Shown here: positions 7,670 to 17,326 of the stretch, in pieces | Position numbering within the stretch: the first letter of the stretch is position 1 | How the letters are laid out: the number at the start of each line of letters is the position of its first letter | Source: an uncultured Candidatus Saccharibacteria bacterium | Lineage (GTDB): Bacteria; Patescibacteriota; Saccharimonadia; Saccharimonadales; UBA10212 | Length of the DNA stretch: 64,000 bases | Reading direction: 5' to 3' | NCBI GenBank assembly: GCA_965231085.1 | Contig: OZ246413.1 | Span: 539,234-603,233, forward strand | Made by a program: the position numbers and the translations under genes | The notes under the pieces: generated by a model | What the model saw: the letters and a program-made list of their open reading frames with translations, nothing else | Databases searched by the model: none | Told to the model about the DNA's origin: nothing

Positions 7670-8166
7670 GATTCGCTTCTCCCCAACAACTCTTCTAAAC
7701 GTCTTATTGTATTCGACAATTCTTCAGGGTAGCTAATTTCTATTACCCGTTCGTCTGGGTCATTTGCGGTTGGTTTTAATTCAATAGTTATTCTCTCGTT
7801 AGGCAGTACATCTCCTACAATATTGCTCCACTCAACAATAGTCAGGACTTTTGGGTCGCTAATTGACTCTGTCAGCTGCTCTTTCATGACGCCAGGTTCA
7901 GATAGGCGGTAAAAGTCAAAATGATGTATTTCCCTGCCCGCTTCGCATTTATATATACGGCTTAGTGTGAAAGTTGGGCTACTTACGCTTGAGAGGCTTT
8001 TTAGGCCGCGAGCTATGCCTTTTACTAACGTCGTTTTTCCGCCACCAAGATCGGCCTTTAATTCTATTAACAAAGGTGTGTTTATTAGGCCGGCTAGAAT
8101 TTCGCCGATCCTCTCGGTATCGTCGGAATTGGTAGAGACGGTTTTGTATATCAGCTCGGTACTCAT
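7666..8166 (-). CDS. tsaE: tRNA t6A biosynthesis ATPase TsaE
   Basis: P-loop ADLGGGKTTLVKGIARGL and SPTFTL...HFDFYRL motifs. Start placed at ATG 8166 (MSTELIYKT). Confidence 0.8.
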   Translation of the reverse strand: MSTELIYKTVSTNSDDTERIGEILAGLINTPLLIELKADLGGGKTTLVKGIARGLKSLSSVSSPTFTLSRIYKCEAGREIHHFDFYRLSEPGVMKEQLTESISDPKVLTIVEWSNIVGDVLPNERITIELKPTANDPDERVIEISYPEELSNTIRRLEELLGRSES

Positions 8167-9418
8167 ATAAAGCGTATAGTAACGCGGCCGAGCCAATCAC
8201 CGCAATAGTCCAACCATGTACTTTTGTGGGTTGATTGCTGGTCGCCTTGGACGGACTAGGCGTATTTGATGATTGGATGTTAGTTCCAAGTGTATTAGAA
8301 TTTGGTGATTGCGCAGTGCTAGATTGAGCAGGCGACGTATTAAGAGCAGTGCTATTGGCGACACCGGGGCTTGGGCTTGCCCAATACCATTTACCTTGTA
8401 CTAACGACCAGGATTGTCCTTCTTTGGCCGACCCATATTGCTCAGTCTGGCTAATGACTGTTCCTAGAGGGTCAATCAATTTTACTAATCCACTAGTATT
8501 GCTCATGGCTAAATTTGTGTCGATTGAATAGAAAGCCTTAAAGCTTTTTGCTGGTACGGTCGTATTGGCCGGTAGTGTGTAGCTGTGCAGTGTCGTTATT
8601 CCAACCTCTAGTCTGAAGCCGCTCAGGTCGAAAAAGCTATCGTTGGGGTTGTAGAGCTCTATGAATTCATCTTCATCATCACTTTGGGGTGGTGCGGGAT
8701 TTGGAAAAATTTCTGTAATCTGCGGAGGAGCCAACCCTTGGTCTATGGCCGGAATCGAGCTAGTGGTATCGGCAATTATTATTTGCGAGGGCGCCTGGTC
8801 CCCGGCCGCCCATGATACGTAAGTTGGCCCGCTACTCGCGCTAATTGTTACAAAAAGATTGCATGGCGTAGAATCTATTCCATATTTATTCCAAGAACCA
8901 TCGCTTAGCTTTCTATACCAGACTGCGTTTGCGTCACTACTGGCTGAGGGGACCGAGTTTATATCCGCCCCCGAACCTGCTGACGTCCAACTTACTTTGT
9001 CCTGCTGGGTATAGCTAATATTGCCACCTATCCCGCTAGTTTTTACAATTTCTAGATACCCAGATGTGTCACTAAGACTCAGCGAAAGATTTGCCACTCC
9101 ACTAGCCCCACAAGTACCAACACTGTCTCCTGTTAATAGAAAAGATTGGCCGGGGCTCAGCGTAAAACTTGGCAGCTGCTGGCTAGAGGTTGGAATGCTA
9201 AAGTTAGAAGGATTCGATTTATTAAAGTACTCTAAAATGTAGTTTTGCAGATTAAGCGAACTCGGGCTAATGTTTTCAATAACTACTGATTCCGACCCAG
9301 TGGGCTTAAACTCAATAATCGCTAGCTCACCATTTGGTGAAGTAGCATAAACTGGCTGACTCATTAACCCCACCGCAACAAGTGATAAAGATAGAAACAT
9401 GCATATTAGCCGTTTCAT
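7979..9418 (-). CDS. Secreted lamin-tail-domain (LTD) protein with C-terminal TM anchor
   Basis: Signal peptide, then two LTD-like segments (LAIIEFKPTG...; ITEIFPNPAPPQSDDEDEFIELYNPND), a Ser/Thr/Pro-rich linker, a TM helix (WTIAVIGSAALLYALY) and a basic tail that overlaps tsaE. Confidence 0.7.
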   Translation of the reverse strand: MKRLICMFLSLSLVAVGLMSQPVYATSPNGELAIIEFKPTGSESVVIENISPSSLNLQNYILEYFNKSNPSNFSIPTSSQQLPSFTLSPGQSFLLTGDSVGTCGASGVANLSLSLSDTSGYLEIVKTSGIGGNISYTQQDKVSWTSAGSGADINSVPSASSDANAVWYRKLSDGSWNKYGIDSTPCNLFVTISASSGPTYVSWAAGDQAPSQIIIADTTSSIPAIDQGLAPPQITEIFPNPAPPQSDDEDEFIELYNPNDSFFDLSGFRLEVGITTLHSYTLPANTTVPAKSFKAFYSIDTNLAMSNTSGLVKLIDPLGTVISQTEQYGSAKEGQSWSLVQGKWYWASPSPGVANSTALNTSPAQSSTAQSPNSNTLGTNIQSSNTPSPSKATSNQPTKVHGWTIAVIGSAALLYALYEYRADIQNRLYQFRRYREDRRNSSRPNKHTFVNRIKGRSWWRKNDVSKRHSSRPKKPLKRK

Positions 9419-9528
9419 TTGCTTTTGATTATATTAACTGCTCGGCCACACGAAAGTGGTAGAGTTTTAAAAATGTTGTTATTTTCTCTTCCAAAAACTT
9501 TAAAGTTTTAAAATCTTTGGGAGGGGCA

Positions 9529-9550
9529 GGGGCGGACGGAAATCCGCCCC
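9529..9550 (-). terminator. GC-rich hairpin downstream of the islet-1 genes
   Basis: GGGGCGGA-cggaaa-TCCGCCCC, 22 nt after the stop at 9572. There is no clean T-run on the coding strand. Confidence 0.5.
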
Positions 9551-9571
9551 TGCGATGTTGATGTTCCCCCT

Positions 9572-9970
9572 CTAGCTCTTGAGCTTCCGAGCCTGGATTG
9601 TGTAGCGAGCTCGGCCCTCGCCAGCGAAGGGAGACTTGTCCTGGATGCTGTCGAGCCAGTGCCTCAGGTCATGATTGAGGCTCATGGCGTGCAGCAGCAG
9701 AGCCCACTGCGTCTCGTTGTTGCCGATGAGCAGGTCCAGGTTGCGGGCCAGCTCTCCGCGCTGCGGGTAGATCGTGTTGGGCACGATCCTGCCGGCGGCG
9801 GCATGCAGCCGCACCATGGCATCCACTGCCTGATTCCGGAAGGCGTCCTTGCCCTCCCTCACCCAGTCCGTGATGGCCCGTGCGGCAAGCCGAGACTCGA
9901 TCTGTGCTGCGTCGTGATCGACCGACAAACAGCTCCAGACGTCACGGACGCGGGGCTGTGTGATCGCCAT
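9572..9970 (-). CDS. High-GC hypothetical protein, paralog A (132 aa)
   Basis: GGAG before ATG 9970. Shares VR(D/N)VW, QWAxLLxAxxxN and SPF motifs with the upstream neighbour. GC-rich codons. Confidence 0.7.
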   Translation of the reverse strand: MAITQPRVRDVWSCLSVDHDAAQIESRLAARAITDWVREGKDAFRNQAVDAMVRLHAAAGRIVPNTIYPQRGELARNLDLLIGNNETQWALLLHAMSLNHDLRHWLDSIQDKSPFAGEGRARYTIQARKLKS

Positions 9971-10007
9971 ACCACTCCTCTCGTGGGGTTGATGTGGTCG
10001 GTCAGCT

Positions 10008-10385
10008 TCAGCTCACCTGCGCGGCGAACTGCAGGACCGTCTCGTCGGTCTCGTTCTCGAACGGCGAGAAGAGCTTCATGGCGGCGTAGGTCACCCCTGC
10101 CTTGGGGTTGATGTGCAGCGCCCGAAGCAGGTTGGCCCACTGGGCATCCGACCTGTCCTTCAGGTTCTCGAGCGCGTTCTCGATCTCGGCCATGGAGGGG
10201 TGCTCCAGGCCGGGGATGTACGCGCTGGCGAACTCGAACAGGCGGGAAGTGGCGTTGACCGCTGCCACCGTGTACGCCGAATCCCTGTTGATCAGGAAGT
10301 GCGCGATGGCGGCGAGCGCTTCCCTGGCCGGCTGGTGGTTGACCGGGTCAAGAACCTCGAGCGGCTTCCAGACATTACGTACCAT
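10008..10385 (-). CDS. High-GC hypothetical protein, paralog B (about 125 aa)
   Basis: Start moved to ATG 10385, which is preceded by AGGAGG with a 6-nt spacer (MVRNVWKPL...). Paralogous to 9572-9970. Confidence 0.7.
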   Translation of the reverse strand: MVRNVWKPLEVLDPVNHQPAREALAAIAHFLINRDSAYTVAAVNATSRLFEFASAYIPGLEHPSMAEIENALENLKDRSDAQWANLLRALHINPKAGVTYAAMKLFSPFENETDETVLQFAAQVS

Positions 10386-10497
10386 GTACGACCTCCTAGT
10401 AGGGGCTGTCCTGGTTTGAACCTCAACTAACAATTTATACCACTTTGGGGGTGATTTTTCAATACTACCCTGCTCTGTTAGAAGCTATACTTATATC

Positions 10498-11022
10498 ATG
10501 CTAATGTTAAGCGCGAAAATTATTAACCTTCCGGTCTTGGGCCTAAGAACTGGCGGTAAAATAGCCCAAACCATTGGACCGGTAATCAATCCACACAACT
10601 TAAAGATTTTAGGATGGTGGTGTAACTCGGCTCTATCTAAAGAGCCAGTGGTTTTGCTGGTAGAAGACGTTCGCGAGATATCTGCTAGGGGCTTAGTCGT
10701 AGATGACAGTGATGCCCTTTCTGTCCCCGAGGACCTAACCCGCCAAAAAGAAGTTTTAAATATAAAGTTCGATTTAATTGGTAAGCCAGTTAAAACAAAA
10801 GATCGCAAGCTAGGGAAGGTGAGTGATTATAGTTTTAACGATGATATGTTTATACAAAAAATATATGTTACTAGGCCTTTAGTTAATGTATTCAGCTCTG
10901 ACTCGACCTTGATTATCGACCGTACACAGATACAAGAAGTTACAGACCATTACATTTTAGTCAGCGAGGCTGATATAAAAGAAGCCAGCCCAGCTCTTGC
11001 AACCGAACCCGTAACCGGTTAG
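10498..11022 (+). CDS. PRC-barrel domain protein (two repeats)
   Basis: MLSAKIINLPVLGLRTGGKIAQTIGPVINPHNLKILGWW and a second KPVKTKDRKLGKVSDYSFND segment resemble tandem PRC barrels. Confidence 0.5.
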   Translation: MLMLSAKIINLPVLGLRTGGKIAQTIGPVINPHNLKILGWWCNSALSKEPVVLLVEDVREISARGLVVDDSDALSVPEDLTRQKEVLNIKFDLIGKPVKTKDRKLGKVSDYSFNDDMFIQKIYVTRPLVNVFSSDSTLIIDRTQIQEVTDHYILVSEADIKEASPALATEPVTG

Positions 11023-11023
11023 A

Positions 11024-11635
11024 TTACTGATCCTCAAATTTTAAGTCGAGCTCCTGGTTGACCAGTTGGTACGAGAATCCTTGACTTGTTAAGTATTTCA
11101 TTAATTTGAGTTTGTCGTTTTTATATCGACTTAGTTTAGACTTTTTTTCAATTAGCTCCTTGAGCTTAGCTTGTTCATTCTCAGGAGCAAATTCTAAAAC
11201 TGTCTCTACCACTTCCCTACCAATACCTTTTTTAAAAAGTTCGGATCTAATGGCTCGGCTACTTTTATTAGCGCGGCTTCGCATATCCACTAACCACTTG
11301 GCGTAATTTTCATCGTTCAAATAGTTGCGACCAGCAAATTCCTCTGCCAGTCTGCTGGCAAGTTCTGGATCGGCCTTTTTGCGCCGCATGTAGTCATAGA
11401 ACTCTCTTGTGGAATGTGGTCGATTGATAACCCATTCCATGGCTCTAGCTCTTAGTTTGCCATCCTCTGAAATTTTTTTAAATTTTTTTACGCCTGCTTC
11501 GCTAAGCTCCAGATCCTTTTTAAGTTTATGTTCAACTAATTGGTCTAGGCTCAAAGAAAAACTATATTTACCATCAACAAAAATACTGACCCGCTCTGGA
11601 TTTTTGACTTGCTGTTTTAAGTTAGTGATTTTCAT
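11024..11635 (-). CDS. recX: RecA regulator RecX
   Basis: MKITNLKQQVKNPERVSIFVDGKYSFSL and repeated helical modules. Lies in the recA operon, with an ATGA overlap with the upstream gene at 11632-11635. Confidence 0.75.
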   Translation of the reverse strand: MKITNLKQQVKNPERVSIFVDGKYSFSLSLDQLVEHKLKKDLELSEAGVKKFKKISEDGKLRARAMEWVINRPHSTREFYDYMRRKKADPELASRLAEEFAGRNYLNDENYAKWLVDMRSRANKSSRAIRSELFKKGIGREVVETVLEFAPENEQAKLKELIEKKSKLSRYKNDKLKLMKYLTSQGFSYQLVNQELDLKFEDQ

Positions 11636-12078
11636 TTTAGTTTGATATAGAAGATCGCGGCGATAGCCAAAACAAGCCACCCAACATCAAAGTATAAGTA
11701 ATCTACATGTGAGCGTTGGTTAACTTTAAAATGCCAGGCACTAAACTTATCTAGACCAGACGGCCATTTTTTAACGGTTTTTCTGTAGAACCACCAGATT
11801 GCGTCCGGTATTGCCGACAATATCATGCACCCCCAAATTAACAATTTATGATCGGGGAACAATAACGCTAATATCCCCATCGCAACTAGTGATAGCAGAA
11901 AATCAATTTTTACAAATCGATTAAACTTCGGCTCGAGCACCTGATCCTGGCTGACTCCGTAGTGTGGTACAAAATCTGAGACATAATGGCCAATAACGCT
12001 CATTGGTAACGCAAGGTATGGTTGCTTTACAACGAGGGCAATGATTGCACCGTTCAGGCCGTGGTTCAAACCGGTCAT
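11632..12078 (-). CDS. YdjM/DUF457-like membrane-bound metal-dependent hydrolase
   Basis: NHGLNGAIIALVV...HYVSDFVPH and four TM segments. Located between recA and recX. Confidence 0.5.
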   Translation of the reverse strand: MTGLNHGLNGAIIALVVKQPYLALPMSVIGHYVSDFVPHYGVSQDQVLEPKFNRFVKIDFLLSLVAMGILALLFPDHKLLIWGCMILSAIPDAIWWFYRKTVKKWPSGLDKFSAWHFKVNQRSHVDYLYFDVGWLVLAIAAIFYIKLK

Positions 12079-12087
12079 AGATCTATT

Positions 12088-13116
12088 TTACTCTGCCTTA
12101 GCGGCGGCTACAGTTTCTTTGGAAACTTTTTCGAAAACCTTAGGATTCTCTTTTAGATATTTTTTAGCAGCTTCACGACCTTGGGCAATTTTTTGACCTT
12201 CATATTCGTACCAGGCTCCACTTTTGACTACGACTTCTTTGGCGACAGCTAGATCTATTACGTCGCCTTCACGACTAATGCCTTCGTTATACATGATGTC
12301 AAACTCTGCCTCGCGGAAAGGTGGTGCGATTTTATTTTTAACTACTTTAACCCGACAGTGATTGCCGATAACATTATCGCCTTGTTTAATTTGGCTAATA
12401 CGCCGAATGTCCATACGAACTGAGGCATAAAACTTTAGAGCATTACCGCCAGTCGTAGTCTCTGGGTTGCCAAACATAACACCAATTTTCATACGCAGCT
12501 GGTTAACAAAAATTACAGTGCATTTTGTTCTGCTAATAATGCCTGTGAGCTTTCTGAGGGCCTGGCTCATCAGACGGGCCTGCAAGCCCATGTGTGCATC
12601 ACCCATATCGCCTTCAATTTCGGCCTGTGGAACAAGCGCTGCAACTGAGTCGACAACTATTATATCCACCGCGTTGGATCGCACTAGAGTTTCAAGAATT
12701 TCTAAGGCCTGCTCGCCACTGTCGGGCTGAGATATAAGCAGCTGATCGGTGTTTACGCCAAGTCTTTTGGCATATGCTGGGTCCAGAGCGTGCTCGGCAT
12801 CGATAAAAGCAGCTGTGCCGCCATTTTTTTGAGCCTCAGCTACTGCGTGAAGGCAAACTGTGGTTTTTCCAGAACTTTCTGGGCCGTAGATTTCTATAAC
12901 CCTGCCTTTTGGGATCCCCCCACCAAGAGCAAGATCCAGGCTAATACTGCCAGTGGAGATTGTTTCAACATTAACCGCCGTGGCTTCCCCGAGGCGCATA
13001 ATAGAGCCTCGTCCAAATTGTTTTTCGATTTGATCAACTGCTAGTTTTAGGGCTTGAGCTTTTCCGCTCGGAGCCGGTGCAGTTTTTTCAGATTTATCCT
13101 TATTCTTGTCGGCCAT
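12088..13116 (-). CDS. recA: Recombinase RecA
   Basis: GPESSGKTT Walker [10 protein letters not shown], and L1/L2 loop sequences. Confidence 0.95.
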   Translation of the reverse strand: MADKNKDKSEKTAPAPSGKAQALKLAVDQIEKQFGRGSIMRLGEATAVNVETISTGSISLDLALGGGIPKGRVIEIYGPESSGKTTVCLHAVAEAQKNGGTAAFIDAEHALDPAYAKRLGVNTDQLLISQPDSGEQALEILETLVRSNAVDIIVVDSVAALVPQAEIEGDMGDAHMGLQARLMSQALRKLTGIISRTKCTVIFVNQLRMKIGVMFGNPETTTGGNALKFYASVRMDIRRISQIKQGDNVIGNHCRVKVVKNKIAPPFREAEFDIMYNEGISREGDVIDLAVAKEVVVKSGAWYEYEGQKIAQGREAAKKYLKENPKVFEKVSKETVAAAKAE

Positions 13117-13253
13117 AGTAGTACTTATCCCCTTCTTGTTCTATAACAGTATATCAATTTGCGTAGTCGGCCAAAATGTTGCTGTTGAAAAAACCTAATA
13201 TTAAACACGCCCGTTAGATGCTTATGATAAAATCAAATTAAAGATAATAAAAT

Positions 13254-13727
13254 ATGAACAAAAAAATAAATTTTGGTTTTTCAACATTCGAGCTGCTGCT
13301 GGCTCTAGTCATCGTTTGTGTATTGGGGACTATTGTTTTAACAAAATATAGCGAGGTCAGACAAAATACCCGGAACGAACAAAGGAAAGGTGATGTCGTG
13401 GCACTACAAACCGCGATAGATACTTACAAAGCTGCCAATAGCCGATATCCTAGTTCGGCTGAAATAAATAACCCGACTTTCAGAAAAGACAATCTAAAAA
13501 CCATGAATGATGATTATTTGAAAGATCCTAAGTGGTCAAAAAAAATCAGCCCCTGTACTAGCAATAACCTCCCTACCCTGCTCGACTCCCTCCAGCCGGC
13601 AGCGGGCTGCTATGGTTACGCCGTTTCTCCAAAGAATTGTGATAACAAAGATGTATATTGTACAAGCTACAGCCTAACAGTTAATCTTGAGCCTAACCTA
13701 ACTTATCAAAAACAGTCCAGTGATTAA
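13254..13727 (+). CDS. Type IV pilin/pseudopilin-like protein
   Basis: Prepilin-type N-terminus KINFG/FSTFELLLALVIVCVLG (G|FxxxE) followed by a Cys-containing globular domain. TGATAAAAT extended -10 lies upstream (about 13223-13231). Confidence 0.7.
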   Translation: MNKKINFGFSTFELLLALVIVCVLGTIVLTKYSEVRQNTRNEQRKGDVVALQTAIDTYKAANSRYPSSAEINNPTFRKDNLKTMNDDYLKDPKWSKKISPCTSNNLPTLLDSLQPAAGCYGYAVSPKNCDNKDVYCTSYSLTVNLEPNLTYQKQSSD

Positions 13728-14356
13728 GTCTCGCGTTCACGGTGCCTTTCGCCGTAAACCCTAACATATTGTTGCCGTGTTTCAATAATTTGATCAGCAT
13801 AAAAGTCAGGCTTGGGGCACATTGAAAAAATAAAATTATCTTCCTGACCAGCGGTTTGAATTGTTAGCGTGCCGTAGTTAAAAATTGAGGCTAGTACGCC
13901 CCGTTGTTCGACATTAACATCCTCGACATTAGCCATTGATAGCCGTGAAATTTTCTTGTTAAAAGGAGCATACTGCAAAATCTGCACAACACCTTTATTA
14001 GTTACCAAGAGTTGGCTTTTTCTGTAGACATAAATTGCGGCCATCATAAATATTACAAGCAGGGCAATTATAAAAATCGTCGCAGCGACTGCTAGACCCT
14101 TAGAGCTAGTTGACCCATCATTAAAAAAGCCAAAAATTGCAAAGTAAATCATGGCAAGAATCGCCATAATCCCAACGGCCAGCTCAAGATAAATACCAAT
14201 TAGACCTATAAAATGTTTTTTAATAACCGTAACTAGATGTTCTTCTGGTTCAAGATTCTCAATGCTAGGGCTATGTAGGGCGATCGCCCCAACTGTATGA
14301 ATTTTTTTACCACTTTCATCGGTCTGAAAATGGTCTTTTGCTCCCTGCTCATCCAT
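13724..14356 (-). CDS. Membrane protein with bacterial PH (bPH_2/YdbT-like) domain
   Basis: Two TM helices followed by LLVTNKGVVQILQYAPFNKKISRLSMANVEDVNVEQRGVLASIFNYGTLTIQT. Confidence 0.55.
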   Translation of the reverse strand: MDEQGAKDHFQTDESGKKIHTVGAIALHSPSIENLEPEEHLVTVIKKHFIGLIGIYLELAVGIMAILAMIYFAIFGFFNDGSTSSKGLAVAATIFIIALLVIFMMAAIYVYRKSQLLVTNKGVVQILQYAPFNKKISRLSMANVEDVNVEQRGVLASIFNYGTLTIQTAGQEDNFIFSMCPKPDFYADQIIETRQQYVRVYGERHRERET

Positions 14357-14363
14357 AAGCTTA

Positions 14364-15395
14364 TTATAGCAAGGATGGTTGATTGCCTGGCTTTTTCGGA
14401 GTTTTATTCATGTGCCTCCAACCTCTGGCTGTAACTTTCCTGCCTCGGGGAGTACGCTCCAGTAAACCAATTTGCATTAGGTAAGGTTCAAAAACGTCTT
14501 CAATTGTAGTCCGCTCTTCAGCTGTTAGAGCAGCCAGAGTTTCTACGCCAACCGGGCCACCGTCGTGGTGTTCGATTATGGCATTGAGTAGTTGCCGATC
14601 TGCAGGGTCTAGCCCGAGAATATCTATTTCTAAAAGAGCCAAAGCTTTTTCTGCCAGTGTGTTGTCTATAATGCCATCACCGTTTATATCAGCATAGTCT
14701 CTAACTCGCTTTAGCAAGCGGTTGGCAATACGTGGAGTAAGTCTTGCGCGGTGGGCCAGCAATTCGGCTGCCTGGTCATTAATCGGTACATCCAAAATGG
14801 AGGCCGAACGCTTAATAATTTTGGCAATTTCTTCTGGTGTATAAAATTCAAGCCTGTGTATTAAACCAAACCTATCGCGAAGCGGAGCGGCCAGAGCACC
14901 AGTTCTGGTTGTAGCACCAATAATTGTAAACTTTGGCAGATCCAGCCGAAGGCTCCTGGCACTCGGACCTTTGCCAAGCATAATGTCTAGCTTAAAATCT
15001 TCCATCGCCGAGTAAAGTACTTCTTCCACGCTCCTATGCAGACGATGGATCTCGTCTATGAATAAAATATCCCCGTCCTGCAGGTTGGTTAGCAGGCTAG
15101 CAAGATCACCCGCCCGCTCAATGGCTGGGCCGCTGGTAACCCGAATCTGTGCGCCCATCTCGTTGGCAATAACTGTTGCCATGGTGGTTTTGCCAAGCCC
15201 GGGCGGACCATAAAGTAAAACATGGTCAACTGGTTCATCTCGTTTTTTAGCAGCATCAATAGCTAGCTTCAGATTCTTTTTTAGCCGCTCTTGGCCAACG
15301 TAACTAGCAAAATCTTTGGGTCTCAAAGTCTGCTCAAGCTCTTGCTCTTCCGGCTCATCTGCGCCGGATGTATTTATAATTCTCTCAACCGCCAT
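14364..15395 (-). CDS. ruvB: Holliday junction helicase RuvB
   Basis: [26 protein letters not shown]. Confidence 0.95.
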   Translation of the reverse strand: MAVERIINTSGADEPEEQELEQTLRPKDFASYVGQERLKKNLKLAIDAAKKRDEPVDHVLLYGPPGLGKTTMATVIANEMGAQIRVTSGPAIERAGDLASLLTNLQDGDILFIDEIHRLHRSVEEVLYSAMEDFKLDIMLGKGPSARSLRLDLPKFTIIGATTRTGALAAPLRDRFGLIHRLEFYTPEEIAKIIKRSASILDVPINDQAAELLAHRARLTPRIANRLLKRVRDYADINGDGIIDNTLAEKALALLEIDILGLDPADRQLLNAIIEHHDGGPVGVETLAALTAEERTTIEDVFEPYLMQIGLLERTPRGRKVTARGWRHMNKTPKKPGNQPSLL

Positions 15396-15419
15396 ATCTA
15401 GAGTTTATCATTTAGATGA

Positions 15420-17288
15420 CTAATACAATGTGGCGGTTTTTGGCATGTGGGTGCCTTCGAGAATCTTAACCACCTCTTCGGCTTCAATAGTCTCTTTCTC
15501 GATTAGTGCGTTTTTAAGTTTTTCTAGCTTGGCTTGGTTGGCCTTCAGAACCACTCGGGCCCTATTAGCGGCTTCAGTGATTAAGGCCTCTACTTCATCA
15601 TCGATCACTTTGGCTGTTTCATCAGAATATTGACGTTCGTGAACCAGTCGTTCCAGCATCATGCCTTCATCTACCTGAAACACCTGGTCTTGAAGTTTTT
15701 TGCCCATGCCTTGATGCATCACCATATCGCGGGCGAGTTCAGCTGCTTTTTGAAGATCTGATCCCGCTCCAGTAGTCACGCGATCTCGACCGTAAACAAT
15801 TTCTTCAGCAATGCGACCGCCAAGCATTCGGGCCAAAACGTCCTTATATTCAACAATGCTATGATAGCTTTTATCCTCGGGCGGTATAAACCAAGTTACC
15901 CCGCCAGTTGGGCCACGTGGGATAATAGTGACTTTATGAACCATATCGCTGTCCGGTAGCACATGGCCAACTACCGCATGCCCAGCCTCGTGATAAGCAG
16001 TTAGTTCTTTTTCTTTATCGCTCATCACTTTGCTTTTACGCTCTGGGCCAATGGCAACTTTTTCAAAGGCTGATACAACGTCTTCATTTTCTATAACTTT
16101 GCGATTATGTCGTGCCGCTAATATCGCAGCCTCGTTAGCAATATTGGCAAGGTCAGCGCCCGAACTACCAGCAGTTTTGGCCGCTAGGGAATCAAGATCA
16201 ACATCCTTACTAACCGGCTTGTCTTTGAAATGAACTTTCAAAATTGCCTCACGGTCCTTGCGATCGGGAAGATCAATGTTAACCCGTCTATCAAAGCGCC
16301 CAGGGCGGAGCAGGGCAGGGTCTAAAACGTCGGAACGGTTCGTGGCTGCTAGCACTATTACATTCTGGCCTTGTTCAAAACCGTCCATCTCAACCAGAAT
16401 CTGATTAAGAGTTTGCTCGCGCTCATCATGTCCGCCGCCCATGCCTGAGCCACGACGGCGGCCAACGGCATCAATTTCGTCTATGAAAATTATGCAGGGA
16501 GCATTCTTTTTAGCCTTATTAAACAAATCACGAACACGAGAGGCGCCGACACCAACAAACATTTCTACAAACTCTGAACCGCTAATGCTAAAAAATGGTG
16601 TATTGGCTTCGCCAGCTACAGCTCGGGCAAGCATTGTCTTACCGGTTCCCGGAGGACCCACTAAAAGCACGCCTTTTGGTATCTTGGCCCCTACCCCTTC
16701 GAATTTTTTAGGATACTTTAGAAATTCCACCACTTCTTGTAGGTCGGTTTTAGCTTCGTCATTGCCAGCAATGTCTGAGAAGTTAACTTTTCCTTTATCG
16801 GTCCCGTATAGCCTGGCTTTGCTTTTGCCAAAACTCATAGCCTGATTCCCCTGCCCCTGCGCACTCCTCATAATAAACAGTAGGACCAGAGCAATCAGGA
16901 ATACCGGAACAATAGTTATCAACAACTGGCCCCAGAAACTGCTGCCGCTACTAGACTTTGGTTGATTAATAACCTCCACTTTACCCTGCTCCAAACCTTG
17001 TTCGTAAATGCTTGAGCCGGGGTCTTTGAATGATTTTTCTTTAGGCTGGCTAGAATCGGAAGGTGTGATTGTCAAGGTATCACCACTAACAACTATGCTT
17101 TTTACTTTTCCCCCGTTAGCGTCTGAGATTGCCTGTGAGAATGGGATGGTTTTAAGTTGCGGTGTCTGATTCATCGCAGCATAAATCACCAAACCAAAAA
17201 TAATTATTAACGAAACAAAGCCAAGGTTCTTAAAGAACCCCTTGCGCCCGCCACCATTGGGTCGCATTTTAAACTGTTTTTTATCCAT
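15420..17288 (-). CDS. ftsH: ATP-dependent zinc metalloprotease FtsH
   Basis: [20 protein letters not shown] zinc motif, N-terminal TM pair. Confidence 0.95.
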   Translation of the reverse strand: MDKKQFKMRPNGGGRKGFFKNLGFVSLIIIFGLVIYAAMNQTPQLKTIPFSQAISDANGGKVKSIVVSGDTLTITPSDSSQPKEKSFKDPGSSIYEQGLEQGKVEVINQPKSSSGSSFWGQLLITIVPVFLIALVLLFIMRSAQGQGNQAMSFGKSKARLYGTDKGKVNFSDIAGNDEAKTDLQEVVEFLKYPKKFEGVGAKIPKGVLLVGPPGTGKTMLARAVAGEANTPFFSISGSEFVEMFVGVGASRVRDLFNKAKKNAPCIIFIDEIDAVGRRRGSGMGGGHDEREQTLNQILVEMDGFEQGQNVIVLAATNRSDVLDPALLRPGRFDRRVNIDLPDRKDREAILKVHFKDKPVSKDVDLDSLAAKTAGSSGADLANIANEAAILAARHNRKVIENEDVVSAFEKVAIGPERKSKVMSDKEKELTAYHEAGHAVVGHVLPDSDMVHKVTIIPRGPTGGVTWFIPPEDKSYHSIVEYKDVLARMLGGRIAEEIVYGRDRVTTGAGSDLQKAAELARDMVMHQGMGKKLQDQVFQVDEGMMLERLVHERQYSDETAKVIDDEVEALITEAANRARVVLKANQAKLEKLKNALIEKETIEAEEVVKILEGTHMPKTATLY

Positions 17289-17326
17289 GTCCTTAGTATT
17301 ATAGCAGTTGAATTTCCACCTTATAG

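Noticed and set aside
13117-13253. A possible LexA/SOS box upstream of recA (TGTTCTATAACA around 13137-13148).
   Set aside because: It is only a 4+4 imperfect palindrome. It matches neither the CTGT-N8-ACAG nor the GAAC-N4-GTTC consensus, and no lexA gene is in the window.
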